The position numbers and the translations under genes are program-made. The notes below the pieces were generated by a model. It was given only the letters and a program-made list of their open reading frames with translations. It had not been told where the DNA came from and searched no databases. Shown here piece after piece: positions 40,276 through 49,885 of a stretch of DNA of 64,000 bases. The DNA comes from an uncultured delta proteobacterium (GTDB lineage Bacteria; Desulfobacterota; Binatia; JACPRU01). Position 1 is the stretch's first letter, and each line of letters opens with the position of its first letter. The DNA is taken from the NCBI GenBank assembly GCA_963745025.1, contig CAVUWD010000005.1, forward strand, positions 160,001 to 224,000, in the 5' to 3' direction.

Positions 40276-41280
40276 GTGGACTCCCAGGTGTTCCGCGCGG
40301 CGCTCCGCCAGAAGAAGATCCTTCCCGCCTATCTCTTCACGGGAGCCCAGGACCTGCTGAAAGCAGAAGCGCTCGAGGAGCTCCGCCGTGCGGCGGGTGG
40401 CGAGCGTGCAACGGTCCGGAGCTTCTTCGGCGGCGAGAGCGAGGCGGCGAGGAAGATCCTCGAGGCGAAGCAGAATCTTTCGCTCCTCGATCCGGTGGCG
40501 GCGATCGTCGTGCGGCAGGCGGCGAAGCTTCCCCGTGCCGAAGCCGAGGCGCTCGCCGCGAGCCTCTCCCCCGACGGGCCGCCGGTCGTCTTTTGGGACC
40601 AGAGCCTCGACAAGCGACAAAAGCTCTACGCGGAGATCGCGCGCGCGGGAGGGGAAGTGGAGTTCGAGGCGCCCCGGGGGGAAGCGCTCGCCGCCTGGGT
40701 GCGACGCGAGAGCGAGCGCCTCGGCCATCGGCTCGATCCCGCAGTCGCCGGCGAGCTCATCGAGCTCGTTGGCGACGATCTGTTGCGCCTGCGCTCGACG
40801 CTCGAGCGGCTCTCGCTCGCAGTCGGCAAGGGCGCGGCGATCGACGAGGAGAGCGTGACGGAGCACGTGGCGTCGTCGCGAATGCACGCGATCTACGAGC
40901 TGCAGGATGCCCTGTCCGCCAAGCATGGGACGAAGGCGGTCGGCCTCTTCCGCCAGCTCGTCGACGAGGGAAGCGAGACGCCGGCGCTCGTCGGGGCGCT
41001 GGTCGCGCAGATTCGGCGGCTGCTGCTCGCCCGCGAGGCGTCGAGCTCGGCGAACCTCGCCGCACTCCTCGGCGTGGCGCCGCATCGTGTGAGGTACGTC
41101 GTCGAGCATTCACGGCGATTCTCCGCCGCCCGCCTTCGACGGGCGATCGAGGACCTCGCCGACCTCGACGTAGCGAGCAAGACCGGGCGCGGAGATGCGG
41201 TCGCCGCGCTCGAGGAATGGCTGATCGCGCTCTGCGCGCCCGAGCGCAAGCCGGCAAGCTCCCATGTGGGAAGACGTTGA
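40276..41280 (+). CDS. holA: DNA polymerase III subunit delta
   Basis: PAYLFTGAQDLL, LSLL, VGDDLLRL..LERL and DVASKTG; position after lptE. Confidence 0.85.
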   Translation: MDSQVFRAALRQKKILPAYLFTGAQDLLKAEALEELRRAAGGERATVRSFFGGESEAARKILEAKQNLSLLDPVAAIVVRQAAKLPRAEAEALAASLSPDGPPVVFWDQSLDKRQKLYAEIARAGGEVEFEAPRGEALAAWVRRESERLGHRLDPAVAGELIELVGDDLLRLRSTLERLSLAVGKGAAIDEESVTEHVASSRMHAIYELQDALSAKHGTKAVGLFRQLVDEGSETPALVGALVAQIRRLLLAREASSSANLAALLGVAPHRVRYVVEHSRRFSAARLRRAIEDLADLDVASKTGRGDAVAALEEWLIALCAPERKPASSHVGRR

Positions 41281-42697
41281 ACGGTGCTTCCGGGAGAACG
41301 CTCCCGCGGTAGAACACTGCTCGCTTCGTCTGGTGGAAGAGCGAGAAGAGCACCTCTCGGTGCGCCGCGGCGTGTTGGAGACGGTTTCGAGTTCGCTCGA
41401 CGTCGGGGCCATGGTCTCCGTGGTCGACGACGGCGGCATGGGTTATGCCGCGACCTCGGACCTCACCGCCTCGGGCTTGCGGCATGCCGTCGATCGAGCC
41501 CTCGCCTGGGCACGAGAGACGCGCGGCCGCGGTCTCTTCGATCCAGCCAGGCTCATTCGGGCTCCGCGGGTCGGCGAGTATGCGAGCGTCGTGCGGATTC
41601 CCTGGGACTCCGTTTCCCTCGGCGACAAGATCGACCTCTTGCGCATGCAGAGCGAGCGACTCAAGTGCGACCGCCGGATCGAGGACTGGGAGGCGGGTCT
41701 CTGGTTCACCGCGAAGGAGACTCTTCTCGTGAGCGCCGGCGGCGGTTGCCTCCGCCAGCGCTTCCAGCACCTCCTACCGACGCTCTCGGCGAGCGCGAAC
41801 GAAGGCGCCGAGACCCAGACGCGCACGTTCGGCGGTCACGCCTATTGCCGCCAGGGCGGCTTCGAGGTGCTCGAAGAAACGGGATTCGGCGAGGCGCCCG
41901 CGCGGATCGCCGCCGAGGCGCTCGAGCTCCTGTACGCGCGGAACTGCCCGAGCGGCATGATGGATCTTCTGCTCGCGCCGGACCAGATGATCCTCCAGAT
42001 CCACGAATCGATCGGGCATCCGCTGGAGCTCGACCGCATTCTCGGCGACGAGCGGAACTATGCCGGGCGAAGCTTCGTCACGCTCGACATGTTCGGCCAC
42101 TATCGCTACGGCTCGGAGCTCCTGAACGTCACGTTCGATCCCACTCGGCGCGGGGAGTTGGCGAGCTACGCGTTCGACGACGAAGGCGATCCGGCGACGA
42201 GGGAAGAGATCATTCGCGAGGGCATTCTCCTCCGCCCGCTCGGCGGCCGGGTGTCGCAGGTGCGTTCTGGCATTCGGGGGGTTGCCAGCGCGCGGGCATC
42301 GAGCTGGAATCGGCCGCCGATCGACCGGATGGCGAATCTCAACCTCGAGGCCGGCCGGTCGACCCTCGACGAGATGATCGCCGGCATCGAGCGCGGCGTG
42401 TACATGAAGACGAATTGCTCGTGGTCGATCGACGACTCGCGCAACAAGTTCCAGTTCGGCTGCGAGTGGGCGCGGCTCATCGAGAACGGGCGCCTCACCG
42501 CGGTCGTCAAGAACCCCAACTACCGTGGCATCTCCGCGACGTTCTGGCGAGGCTTGAAGGCCGTCGGCGACGCCGACACCGTCGACGTGCTCGGCACACC
42601 CTATTGCGGCAAAGGGGAGCCGAATCAGGCGATCGCCGTGGGGCACGCCTCGCCCCCGTGCGTGTTTGCCGACGTCGACGTGTTCGGCGGCGCGTGA
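41264..42697 (+). CDS. tldD: TldD metalloprotease
   Basis: HESIGHPLELDR, FDDEG, PIDRMANL and CGKGEPNQ. Confidence 0.92.
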   Translation: MWEDVERCFRENAPAVEHCSLRLVEEREEHLSVRRGVLETVSSSLDVGAMVSVVDDGGMGYAATSDLTASGLRHAVDRALAWARETRGRGLFDPARLIRAPRVGEYASVVRIPWDSVSLGDKIDLLRMQSERLKCDRRIEDWEAGLWFTAKETLLVSAGGGCLRQRFQHLLPTLSASANEGAETQTRTFGGHAYCRQGGFEVLEETGFGEAPARIAAEALELLYARNCPSGMMDLLLAPDQMILQIHESIGHPLELDRILGDERNYAGRSFVTLDMFGHYRYGSELLNVTFDPTRRGELASYAFDDEGDPATREEIIREGILLRPLGGRVSQVRSGIRGVASARASSWNRPPIDRMANLNLEAGRSTLDEMIAGIERGVYMKTNCSWSIDDSRNKFQFGCEWARLIENGRLTAVVKNPNYRGISATFWRGLKAVGDADTVDVLGTPYCGKGEPNQAIAVGHASPPCVFADVDVFGGA

Positions 42698-42701
42698 CGT
42701 G

Positions 42702-44024
42702 ATGGAAAGCTATTTCCACGACGTCGCCGCGATCGTCACGAGCCTGGTTCGAGGGCAAGAGATCCACCTCTCGAGCTTCTACGGCGAGGATTCGGACTTC
42801 GTGCGGATGAGTCAGGGACGGGTGCGGCAAGCGGGCGCGGTGGCGATGCGCTCGCTGACGGTCGACCTCATCCGCGGCCGGCGGCATGCGTCAGGAAGCG
42901 TATCGCTCTCGGGTGACCTCAAGCTCGATCGCATGCGCATCGCTCGGCTCGTCGAGGATCTCCGCGAGCGCTCGGCGGTGGTGCCCGAGGATCCGTTCCT
43001 CCTCTACGCCACCGAGCCGCGCTCGAGCGCGCGCCGCTCCGAGAACCGATTGCCGGGCGGCGGGGAGGCGCTCGAGGAGATTCAGTGCGCGGCGCGGGGC
43101 CGTGATCTCGTCGGAATCTACGCGGCCGGAGACATCTACTGCGGCTTTGCCAACACGCTCGGCCAGCGCAACTGGTACGCCAACTCGAGCTACAACCTCG
43201 ACTGGAGCTTCGTGCGCTCCGCCGACCGGGCGGTGACCGCGAACTATGCCGGGTTCGAGTGGAAGCGGGAGGAGCTCCAGCGGAAGGTCGACGCTGCACT
43301 CGCGGAGCTCGAGCTGCTGTCGCGCCCGGCGCGCACGATCCCGCCGGGACGATATCGCGTCTACCTCGCTCCGGCTGCGCTCAGCGACTTTCTCGGCCTT
43401 CTCGGCTGGGGTGGATTCGGTCTGCGCGCGCACCGCAGCAAGACGACGCCGCTGCTGCGCATGATCGAGCAGGGCCAGCGCCTGCATCCGAGCGTGCGGC
43501 TCGTCGAGAACACGTGCGCGGGCCTCGCCCCCGATTTCCAGGAGGAGGGATTTCTGCGTCCCGACCAGGTGCCGCTGATCGAGGGTGGAGCGTACCGGGA
43601 GTGCCTCGCTTCGCCGCGCTCGGCGGCCGAGTATGGAGTGCCGACGAACGGCGCCTTCGCGGCGGAAATGCCGCAGTCTCTCGAGGTCGGCGCCGGCAGC
43701 GTCCCTCGCGCGGACGTGCTTCGGCAGCTCGGCAAGGGAATCTACATCGGCAACGTCTGGTATCTGAACTACTCGGACCGTGTCGCGTGTCGCACGACCG
43801 GTATGACTCGGTTCGCGACCTTCTGGGTCGAGAACGGGGCCTTGCAAGCTCCGCTCGACGTCATGCGCTTCGACGAGACGATTTATCGGATGCTCGGCGA
43901 GAACCTCGTCGGATTGACGGCCGAGCGCGAGTGGATCCTCGATCCGAGCACGTACTCGCGGCGCTCGACCGCGACCACGTACGTGCCCGGGGCGCTGATC
44001 GAGGACTTCCGGTTGACGTTGTAA
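42702..44024 (+). CDS. TldE/PmbA family partner subunit
   Basis: Follows tldD, lacks HExxxH; FQEEG and TGMTRFATFWVENG..MRF. Confidence 0.85.
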   Translation: MESYFHDVAAIVTSLVRGQEIHLSSFYGEDSDFVRMSQGRVRQAGAVAMRSLTVDLIRGRRHASGSVSLSGDLKLDRMRIARLVEDLRERSAVVPEDPFLLYATEPRSSARRSENRLPGGGEALEEIQCAARGRDLVGIYAAGDIYCGFANTLGQRNWYANSSYNLDWSFVRSADRAVTANYAGFEWKREELQRKVDAALAELELLSRPARTIPPGRYRVYLAPAALSDFLGLLGWGGFGLRAHRSKTTPLLRMIEQGQRLHPSVRLVENTCAGLAPDFQEEGFLRPDQVPLIEGGAYRECLASPRSAAEYGVPTNGAFAAEMPQSLEVGAGSVPRADVLRQLGKGIYIGNVWYLNYSDRVACRTTGMTRFATFWVENGALQAPLDVMRFDETIYRMLGENLVGLTAEREWILDPSTYSRRSTATTYVPGALIEDFRLTL

Positions 44025-44096
44025 CGTCGCGGGGGTCGTGGGTCATCGTGGCGATCGCCGCCGCGGTGGAAGGGGGCGTTGCCCCTCTAGTAAGGC

Positions 44097-44279
44097 CTCA
44101 GTTTTTGCCTCGAATACTTGTGGAGGACAACCGCGCGGAGCGCGGCAGGCAGTAACCCGCGAGTTGGTGCATTGCCTTCCGCGCTTGCGCGCGGTGGCTG
44201 GATTCTCCGGTTGACCCGAGTACGGGCCGACCGGAGAATCCAGCGCTTCGGAATCTCGAGCGCTCGAGGCAACACTGAG
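44097..44279. repeat. Multi-hairpin structured element, copy B
   Basis: Terminal inverted repeats CTCAGTTTTTGCCTCGA / TCGAGGCAACACTGAG; hairpins 44130-44195 and 44197-44244 are homologous to copy A. Confidence 0.8.
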
Positions 44280-44293
44280 CGGATACCCAGCGC

Positions 44294-44365
44294 GCCGCTT
44301 TATCGGAATTGTTTCGACCGCTCGTAAGCTGTAAGCCAATTGTGGGGTAACAACGATAAAGCGGC
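44294..44365. repeat. 12-bp perfect inverted repeat
   Basis: GCCGCTTTATCG (44294-44305) / CGATAAAGCGGC (44354-44365). Confidence 0.7.
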
Positions 44366-44418
44366 AACGTCTCCTTCGCCATCTGCCCAGGTCCCAAAAT
44401 GACCCACGCCCCGGGCCG

Positions 44419-45168
44419 GTGAGCTTCTGGAAGAACTACTTTGCCGCGTATGCCGGCGAGTACCGGCGTTTTCGCCCGACCTATCCGAGCAGGCTGTTCG
44501 AGATCCTGGCCGACTTGAGCCCCGCGCTGCGGCTCGCGTGGGACTGTGGAACGGGAAACGGACAGGCGGCGCTCGCGCTCGCGGCGCACTTCGAGCGCGT
44601 GGTCGCTACCGATGCGAGCCAGGAACAGATCGCACTGGCGACGCTCCACCCGCGTGTCGAGTATCGAGTCGCCCCCGCGGAGAACGGCGGGCTAGAGGAT
44701 TCTTCGGTGGATCTAGTCACCGTGGCGCAGGCCGTCCACTGGTTCGACCTCGATCGTTTCTACGCGGAGGTACGGCGCGTGGCCCGCCCGCGTGCGGTGA
44801 TCGCCCTGTGGTGCTACACGCTGCTCGAGATCGATCCGGCGATCGACGCGCTGATCGAGCGATTCTATGCCGACGTCGTCGGTCCCTACTGGCCGAAGCA
44901 GCGCGTTCAGGTCGATCGGGGATATCGGGATCTGCCGTTCCCCTTCGAGGAGCTCACGTCCCCGAGCCTCGCGGTGGAGGCGGAATGGAGTCTCGCCCAG
45001 CTCCTCGGCTACGTGGACACCTGGTCGCCGGTACGGATCTTTCGGGAGAAGAGGGGTGAGGACCCGCTAGCCGAGCTCGCCGAGCCGCTCGCGCGAGTCT
45101 GGGGAGAGCCCACGTGCGTGCGGCGGGTGCGTTTTCCGCTGTGCTTCCGGATCGGCCGCGTCGCGTGA
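44419..45168 (+). CDS. Class I SAM-dependent methyltransferase
   Basis: FRPTYP, WDCGTGNGQ, TDAS and VAQAVHWFD. Confidence 0.9.
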   Translation: MSFWKNYFAAYAGEYRRFRPTYPSRLFEILADLSPALRLAWDCGTGNGQAALALAAHFERVVATDASQEQIALATLHPRVEYRVAPAENGGLEDSSVDLVTVAQAVHWFDLDRFYAEVRRVARPRAVIALWCYTLLEIDPAIDALIERFYADVVGPYWPKQRVQVDRGYRDLPFPFEELTSPSLAVEAEWSLAQLLGYVDTWSPVRIFREKRGEDPLAELAEPLARVWGEPTCVRRVRFPLCFRIGRVA

Positions 45169-45177
45169 CGCGAGCCG

Positions 45178-46593
45178 TTACTTCGTCGTCGGCGCGGGAG
45201 CCGGCGTCGGCGGGGTCTCGACGAAGTCTTCCTTCTTCTTGTCGAGGTGCGAGTAGAGGTATCCGCGGAGGTGGTAGACGATATCCCCGCCTTCGGCCAT
45301 GGCGTAGGCGTTGGTGTTCGAGCCGCTGCCGCTCTGGCTGGCGAGAATGCGGCCAAGCGGCTTTCCGCTCGCATCAATGAGCGAGAAGGCGATGTCGGGC
45401 TCGGCAAGGCCATATTGTCCGAGATCGCCCGGCTTCTCCGCGGCGATCTCGTAACCCTTGAGGTCGCGGAGATCGCCGACGAGCTCACCGATCTGTTCGC
45501 TCTTCGAGGTCTTGGCGCCGTCGACCTTCCAGGTCTCCGCCGCCGGGGTCGGTAGCGGGGTGGCGCCGCCGGGAGCGCTCTCCTTCACCAACCGATACGC
45601 TTCACCCCCGCGACGCACGACCTCCACCGTGGCGAGGCTCGAGAGCTCGAACGGCAGGACGGTCTTGTCCCGGAAGGCAGAGAGATTCTTGTGTAGGCTC
45701 GTCCACGTCCAGGTGCCGACCGCGTAGACGGTGTCCGCATCGGCCCGCTTGACGTAGAGGACGTTCTTCGAGTCCTTGGCCTTCTCGGCGCCGATCCAGA
45801 GCTCCTTGCGCGCCATCTCCTTGCCGACGAGGACGGCGACTTTCTCGCGCGGATTGTCGAGGCCATACTCGGCGAACGCGCCCGGCTCGTCGATGAAGTC
45901 CTCGGCGCGGGCCCCGCGCAGTGAAGAGAGAAACGCGTTGACCTCGCTCGTGTCGGCCTTCAAGGGCTGCGGCTTCTCGATCTTCCAGCCCTCGCTCTCG
46001 CGCGCGAGCTCGATCGTCGATTCGGGCGTGGTCACCTCGATCGTCTTCACGTCGGCCTCCTGGAAATCCAGGACCGTCTTGTCGCGGAGGTCTTTCACCT
46101 CGCGCTTCATGCCCGTCTGGAGGACCGAAGGAACGAGCTTCACCTCCGTGCTGCCCTCGAGCTGCGCGTATGCCGAGAAGCCGACCGGCGCTGCCTTGCC
46201 GATGCGAATCGACGGCAGCGCCTTGCCGCTCGAGAGAGTCAGTGTGACGATCGCTTCGGGCTTGTCGAGGCCATAGACGTCCAGAGACTTCGCGTCGCCT
46301 TCGAGCGTCCGCTTGACCTCGGCATCGGCGACCGCGCGGACGAGATTTTGCACGGCGGACTGATCGGCGCCGGCGTCGATCGGCTTCTGCAGGTGCCAGC
46401 CGGCGCCCGTCTTCCTCACGACGATCTGCTGGTCGGGGTAGGTGAGCACGACCTCGCTCACGTCGTCCGGCTTGAAGTGCAGCAGCTTCTTCTGCTCGGC
46501 CTCCTGCTGATGGCGCGGTGTCTCGACGAAGTAGAGATAGCCGGCGAGAGCGAGGAACAGAACCGCGACCGCGAGCGTGTTGCGGGATTTCAT
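45178..46593 (-). CDS. DUF4340 domain-containing protein
   Basis: N-terminal anchor, repeated YGLDKP/YGLDNP/YGLAEP and RDK motifs; last gene of a Gld-like ABC operon. Confidence 0.82.
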   Translation of the reverse strand: MKSRNTLAVAVLFLALAGYLYFVETPRHQQEAEQKKLLHFKPDDVSEVVLTYPDQQIVVRKTGAGWHLQKPIDAGADQSAVQNLVRAVADAEVKRTLEGDAKSLDVYGLDKPEAIVTLTLSSGKALPSIRIGKAAPVGFSAYAQLEGSTEVKLVPSVLQTGMKREVKDLRDKTVLDFQEADVKTIEVTTPESTIELARESEGWKIEKPQPLKADTSEVNAFLSSLRGARAEDFIDEPGAFAEYGLDNPREKVAVLVGKEMARKELWIGAEKAKDSKNVLYVKRADADTVYAVGTWTWTSLHKNLSAFRDKTVLPFELSSLATVEVVRRGGEAYRLVKESAPGGATPLPTPAAETWKVDGAKTSKSEQIGELVGDLRDLKGYEIAAEKPGDLGQYGLAEPDIAFSLIDASGKPLGRILASQSGSGSNTNAYAMAEGGDIVYHLRGYLYSHLDKKKEDFVETPPTPAPAPTTK

Positions 46594-46612
46594 CGGGCTT
46601 GCGTGGGCGGCC

Positions 46613-48151
46613 TCACAGCGTCCGGCGGCGGCTCCACACCGAGATCCCGAGCAGCAGCAGCAGCTCGGGAACGATCAGCACCGAGAGATAGAAGATCAGC
46701 GACACCTGGTCCGAGGTGAGCTGCACGCGCGAGGCGCGTACCGAACGCGCCCGGATCGAGATCTGCTTGTCCTCCCCGACCGCCCAATTCACCGCGTTCA
46801 GCATCAGGTCGCGGTTGTAGAAGTTGCTCAGGAACTTGTTGTCGACGAACTCGTCGCTGCCGAACACGACGAGGCGAGACGCGACGTCCTTGTCGCCCAG
46901 CTTGGCCGTTACGGTGGCGGCGACCGCGATCGAGATCGGTCCCTTGCGATCGGTCTTCGAGTCGAGGGTCGCCTGGCCCTTGTTGAAGAGCGCGTCGAGA
47001 TCGGACTCGGCCCAGCTCGAAACGCTGGTCTTGACGATCGAGGTGGCCTCGATGCCGGCCTTCTTGTCGGCAGCGACGTCGACGGATCGGGTGAACGGAT
47101 AGATCGTCCGCTGTGCGAAGCCCTCGGTGATCGGGTGCCGCCCGTACTTGTCGGCGATCGGCTCGACGCCGAGCGCCGGACCCTGGAAGAGGCGCAGCAC
47201 TTGATCGACGACGACGTCGTTTCCGACCTGAATCCCATAGTCCGCAAGCAACGGACCGAGCTCGGGCCCGCGCCGCGCGGCGAGCAGGAACACGGCGCGG
47301 CCGCCGCTGGCGAGATAGTCCTTGACGAGCTTGATCTCCGGCTCGAGGTACGGCTTCTGCGGAGCGGCCACGATCAGCAGGTTGCAGTCCTCCGGCACCT
47401 TCTGCTGCGTGGCGAGCAGTACCGACTTCGTGATGTAGTTCTCGCTCTCGAGCGCGGTTCGGAAGCCGCCGTAGCCCTTCGGGTTCTCCATGTCGGCCGC
47501 GTCGGGCTCGCCGTGGCCCTCGACCAGACAGAGCGTCTTCTTGGTCGAGTGCGTGACCTTGATGATCGCGTTGGTGATCGATTCCTCGTTCCCCTTGGTG
47601 ATGAGCGTCGACTGATCTCCGTACGCGACGCGGATCGTGCCGTAAGTCGTGATGTTGTACTTCTGGGCGAGATCGGGGCTCTTGTCGGGATCGATCATCT
47701 GATACTTCACGTGGCTCGATTCTTCGGCATAGCTCTTGAATAGCTCCTCGATCCCCGGATCCTTGCCCATCTCGACGAACGCCTGCAGATCGAGGTCCTG
47801 GTTCAGTTCCTTCACGTACGTCGCGGACAGCGGGGACAGGCTGTAGACGCCGGCCTCGGTCGTGTCGAAGCGCTTGAAGTGCCGCGCCGCCAGAAAGTTC
47901 ACCATCACGAGAATGCCGATGAAGAGCACCGAATAGAGAGCCGCGTTGGCGCCGAACTTGGTCGAGCGCTCGCCGAGGAACGCGCCGAAGGTATCGCGAG
48001 CCGATGCCGCGTAGGCGATCAGCGCGAAGATGCCGAACAGCACGTTGGCCACGACGAAGAAGCTCACTTCTTGAGTGATCGCGTAGGCCACGCCGCCGAA
48101 GAACAGCGTGGCGAGGCCGATCGTCCCGAGGCTCGTCTGGCTCCGTCGCAT
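46613..48151 (-). CDS. GldG-family ABC auxiliary component
   Basis: RFDTT..YSLS, EESITNAI, GHGE, NRDLMLNAVNW and C-terminal TM + WSRRR. Confidence 0.85.
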   Translation of the reverse strand: MRRSQTSLGTIGLATLFFGGVAYAITQEVSFFVVANVLFGIFALIAYAASARDTFGAFLGERSTKFGANAALYSVLFIGILVMVNFLAARHFKRFDTTEAGVYSLSPLSATYVKELNQDLDLQAFVEMGKDPGIEELFKSYAEESSHVKYQMIDPDKSPDLAQKYNITTYGTIRVAYGDQSTLITKGNEESITNAIIKVTHSTKKTLCLVEGHGEPDAADMENPKGYGGFRTALESENYITKSVLLATQQKVPEDCNLLIVAAPQKPYLEPEIKLVKDYLASGGRAVFLLAARRGPELGPLLADYGIQVGNDVVVDQVLRLFQGPALGVEPIADKYGRHPITEGFAQRTIYPFTRSVDVAADKKAGIEATSIVKTSVSSWAESDLDALFNKGQATLDSKTDRKGPISIAVAATVTAKLGDKDVASRLVVFGSDEFVDNKFLSNFYNRDLMLNAVNWAVGEDKQISIRARSVRASRVQLTSDQVSLIFYLSVLIVPELLLLLGISVWSRRRTL

Positions 48152-48184
48152 GGGCTCAGAATTCGTCAGGAAGTCGGCGGACGG

Positions 48185-48961
48185 TCATCTCCAGCGAAGC
48201 GACTCGACCGAACGGTGCGTGAGGAACAGCGCCGCGGCGATGAGCGAGACGAAGTAGGCGAGCGCGCGGCTGTCGATCACGCCCTTGACGAACTCGCTGA
48301 AGTGCTCCGTCACCGAGAGATAGTGGAGCACGGCGCCGATCGTCGGTGTCGAGGTGTCGGCCGGCCAGTTGATCACGTAGAGGAGAAGGAGCGCCACCAG
48401 GGACGAAACGGCGGCGATGATCTGGTTCTCGGTGAGCGAGGAGGTGAGGAGCCCGATCGACAAGAAGCTCGCCGCGACGAGGAAGAGGCCGAGGTATCCG
48501 GAGAGCATGATGCCCATCTCGGGGTCGCCGTAGACGACGAGCAGAATCGGATAGATCGCGGTCAGCGACAGCATCAACGTGACGAAAACGAGTGCGCCCA
48601 AGAACTTGCCGGCGACGATCTCGCCGACGCGCAGCGGCGAGGTGAGCAGCAGCTCGAAGGTGCCGAGGCGCTTCTCTTCGGCGAAGGTGCGCATGGTGAT
48701 CATCGGGATCAGGATCACCAGCACGACGGAGAGGTTGTGAAGGAGCGGCGAAATCACGAACTCGTTCAGATTCAACCGCTCGAGCTCTGCGCCGCCGCGC
48801 CCCATGCTTCCGTAGATCTGCAGTAGGTAGCTGAAGCGCGCGAGCAGATTGAAGAAGAACCAGCCGGAGAGGAGCAGGAACCCCGTCAGCACGACGTAGG
48901 CGATCGGCGAGACGAAGTAGGAGCGGATCTCCCGAGCGGCGATGGCCAGCGCGTTCTTCAT
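48185..48961 (-). CDS. GldF-like ABC-2 permease
   Basis: REIRSYFVSPIAY, TMRTFAEEKRLGTFELLLTSP and SSLTENQIIA. Confidence 0.9.
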   Translation of the reverse strand: MKNALAIAAREIRSYFVSPIAYVVLTGFLLLSGWFFFNLLARFSYLLQIYGSMGRGGAELERLNLNEFVISPLLHNLSVVLVILIPMITMRTFAEEKRLGTFELLLTSPLRVGEIVAGKFLGALVFVTLMLSLTAIYPILLVVYGDPEMGIMLSGYLGLFLVAASFLSIGLLTSSLTENQIIAAVSSLVALLLLYVINWPADTSTPTIGAVLHYLSVTEHFSEFVKGVIDSRALAYFVSLIAAALFLTHRSVESLRWR

Positions 48962-49719
48962 GGCGCTTCCGCGCCGGCTTCGGCCTGCGCCTCGGCTTCC
49001 TCCAGCGCTTCCTCTTTGGAGATCGCCTGAAGAAAGATCTCCTCGAGGCTCAAGCCCTGCTTCAAGAGATTCTCCATGCGCTCTTCGAGCGCGATTCGAC
49101 CCGCCGCGATGATCACGACCTTCTCGCAGATCTGCGACACCTCGGGGAGGATGTGCGTCGATAGGATGACCGTGCGATTGCCGGCGAGCTCGCGGATGAG
49201 CTTGCGGATCTCGATGATCTGACGGGGATCGAGGCCGATCGTCGGCTCGTCGAGCACGAGGACCGGCGGATCGTGAATCAGCGCCTGCGCGAGCCCGACG
49301 CGCTGCCGGTATCCCTTCGACAGGTGGCCGGTCAGCCGCGCACGCACGTCCGTGAGCCCGCAGGTTGCCAATACCCGCGCGACGGCGTCGGCGATGTCGC
49401 TTCGCGGCACCGCCTTGATGCGCGCGACGAACTGTAGGTAACTCTCGACCGTCATGTCGGTGTAGAGCGGCGGAGTCTCGGGTAGGTAGCCGATCCGCCG
49501 ACGCACCTCGAAGGAGCTCTCGAAGACGTCGAAGCCGTCGACCGTGACGGTGCCGCTCGTCGCCGGCATGAAGCCGGTGAGGATCCGCATCGTCGTCGTC
49601 TTGCCGGCACCGTTCGGGCCGAGGAACCCGAGGATCTCCCCGCGCGCGACGTTGAAGGATACATCGCGGATCGCCATGAGATCGCCGTACCGCTTGGTGA
49701 GATTGCGGACCTCGATCAT
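48958..49719 (-). CDS. GldA-like ABC ATP-binding protein
   Basis: GPNGAGKTT, LSKGYRQRVGLAQAL, LDEPT and STHILPEV. Confidence 0.92.
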   Translation of the reverse strand: MIEVRNLTKRYGDLMAIRDVSFNVARGEILGFLGPNGAGKTTTMRILTGFMPATSGTVTVDGFDVFESSFEVRRRIGYLPETPPLYTDMTVESYLQFVARIKAVPRSDIADAVARVLATCGLTDVRARLTGHLSKGYRQRVGLAQALIHDPPVLVLDEPTIGLDPRQIIEIRKLIRELAGNRTVILSTHILPEVSQICEKVVIIAAGRIALEERMENLLKQGLSLEEIFLQAISKEEALEEAEAQAEAGAEAP

Positions 49720-49885
49720 GGCGCAGTCAAAGCGAACAAGGTTTCACGCATCTGTAGGGTTCACCAATGAATGTGCAGAACGCTCGGGCCTCGTGAGCGG
49801 CCCCGATTAACCATCGACCTAGTCGAAGTCAAGGAAGCCGCCCGGCTCTATTGACGATGTCTCGCCGAGTATATTCATTGCCTTC

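Noticed and set aside
41264-44024. TldD/E as part of a RiPP (microcin) cluster
   Set aside because: No precursor peptide, YcaO or other modifying enzyme nearby; housekeeping context.
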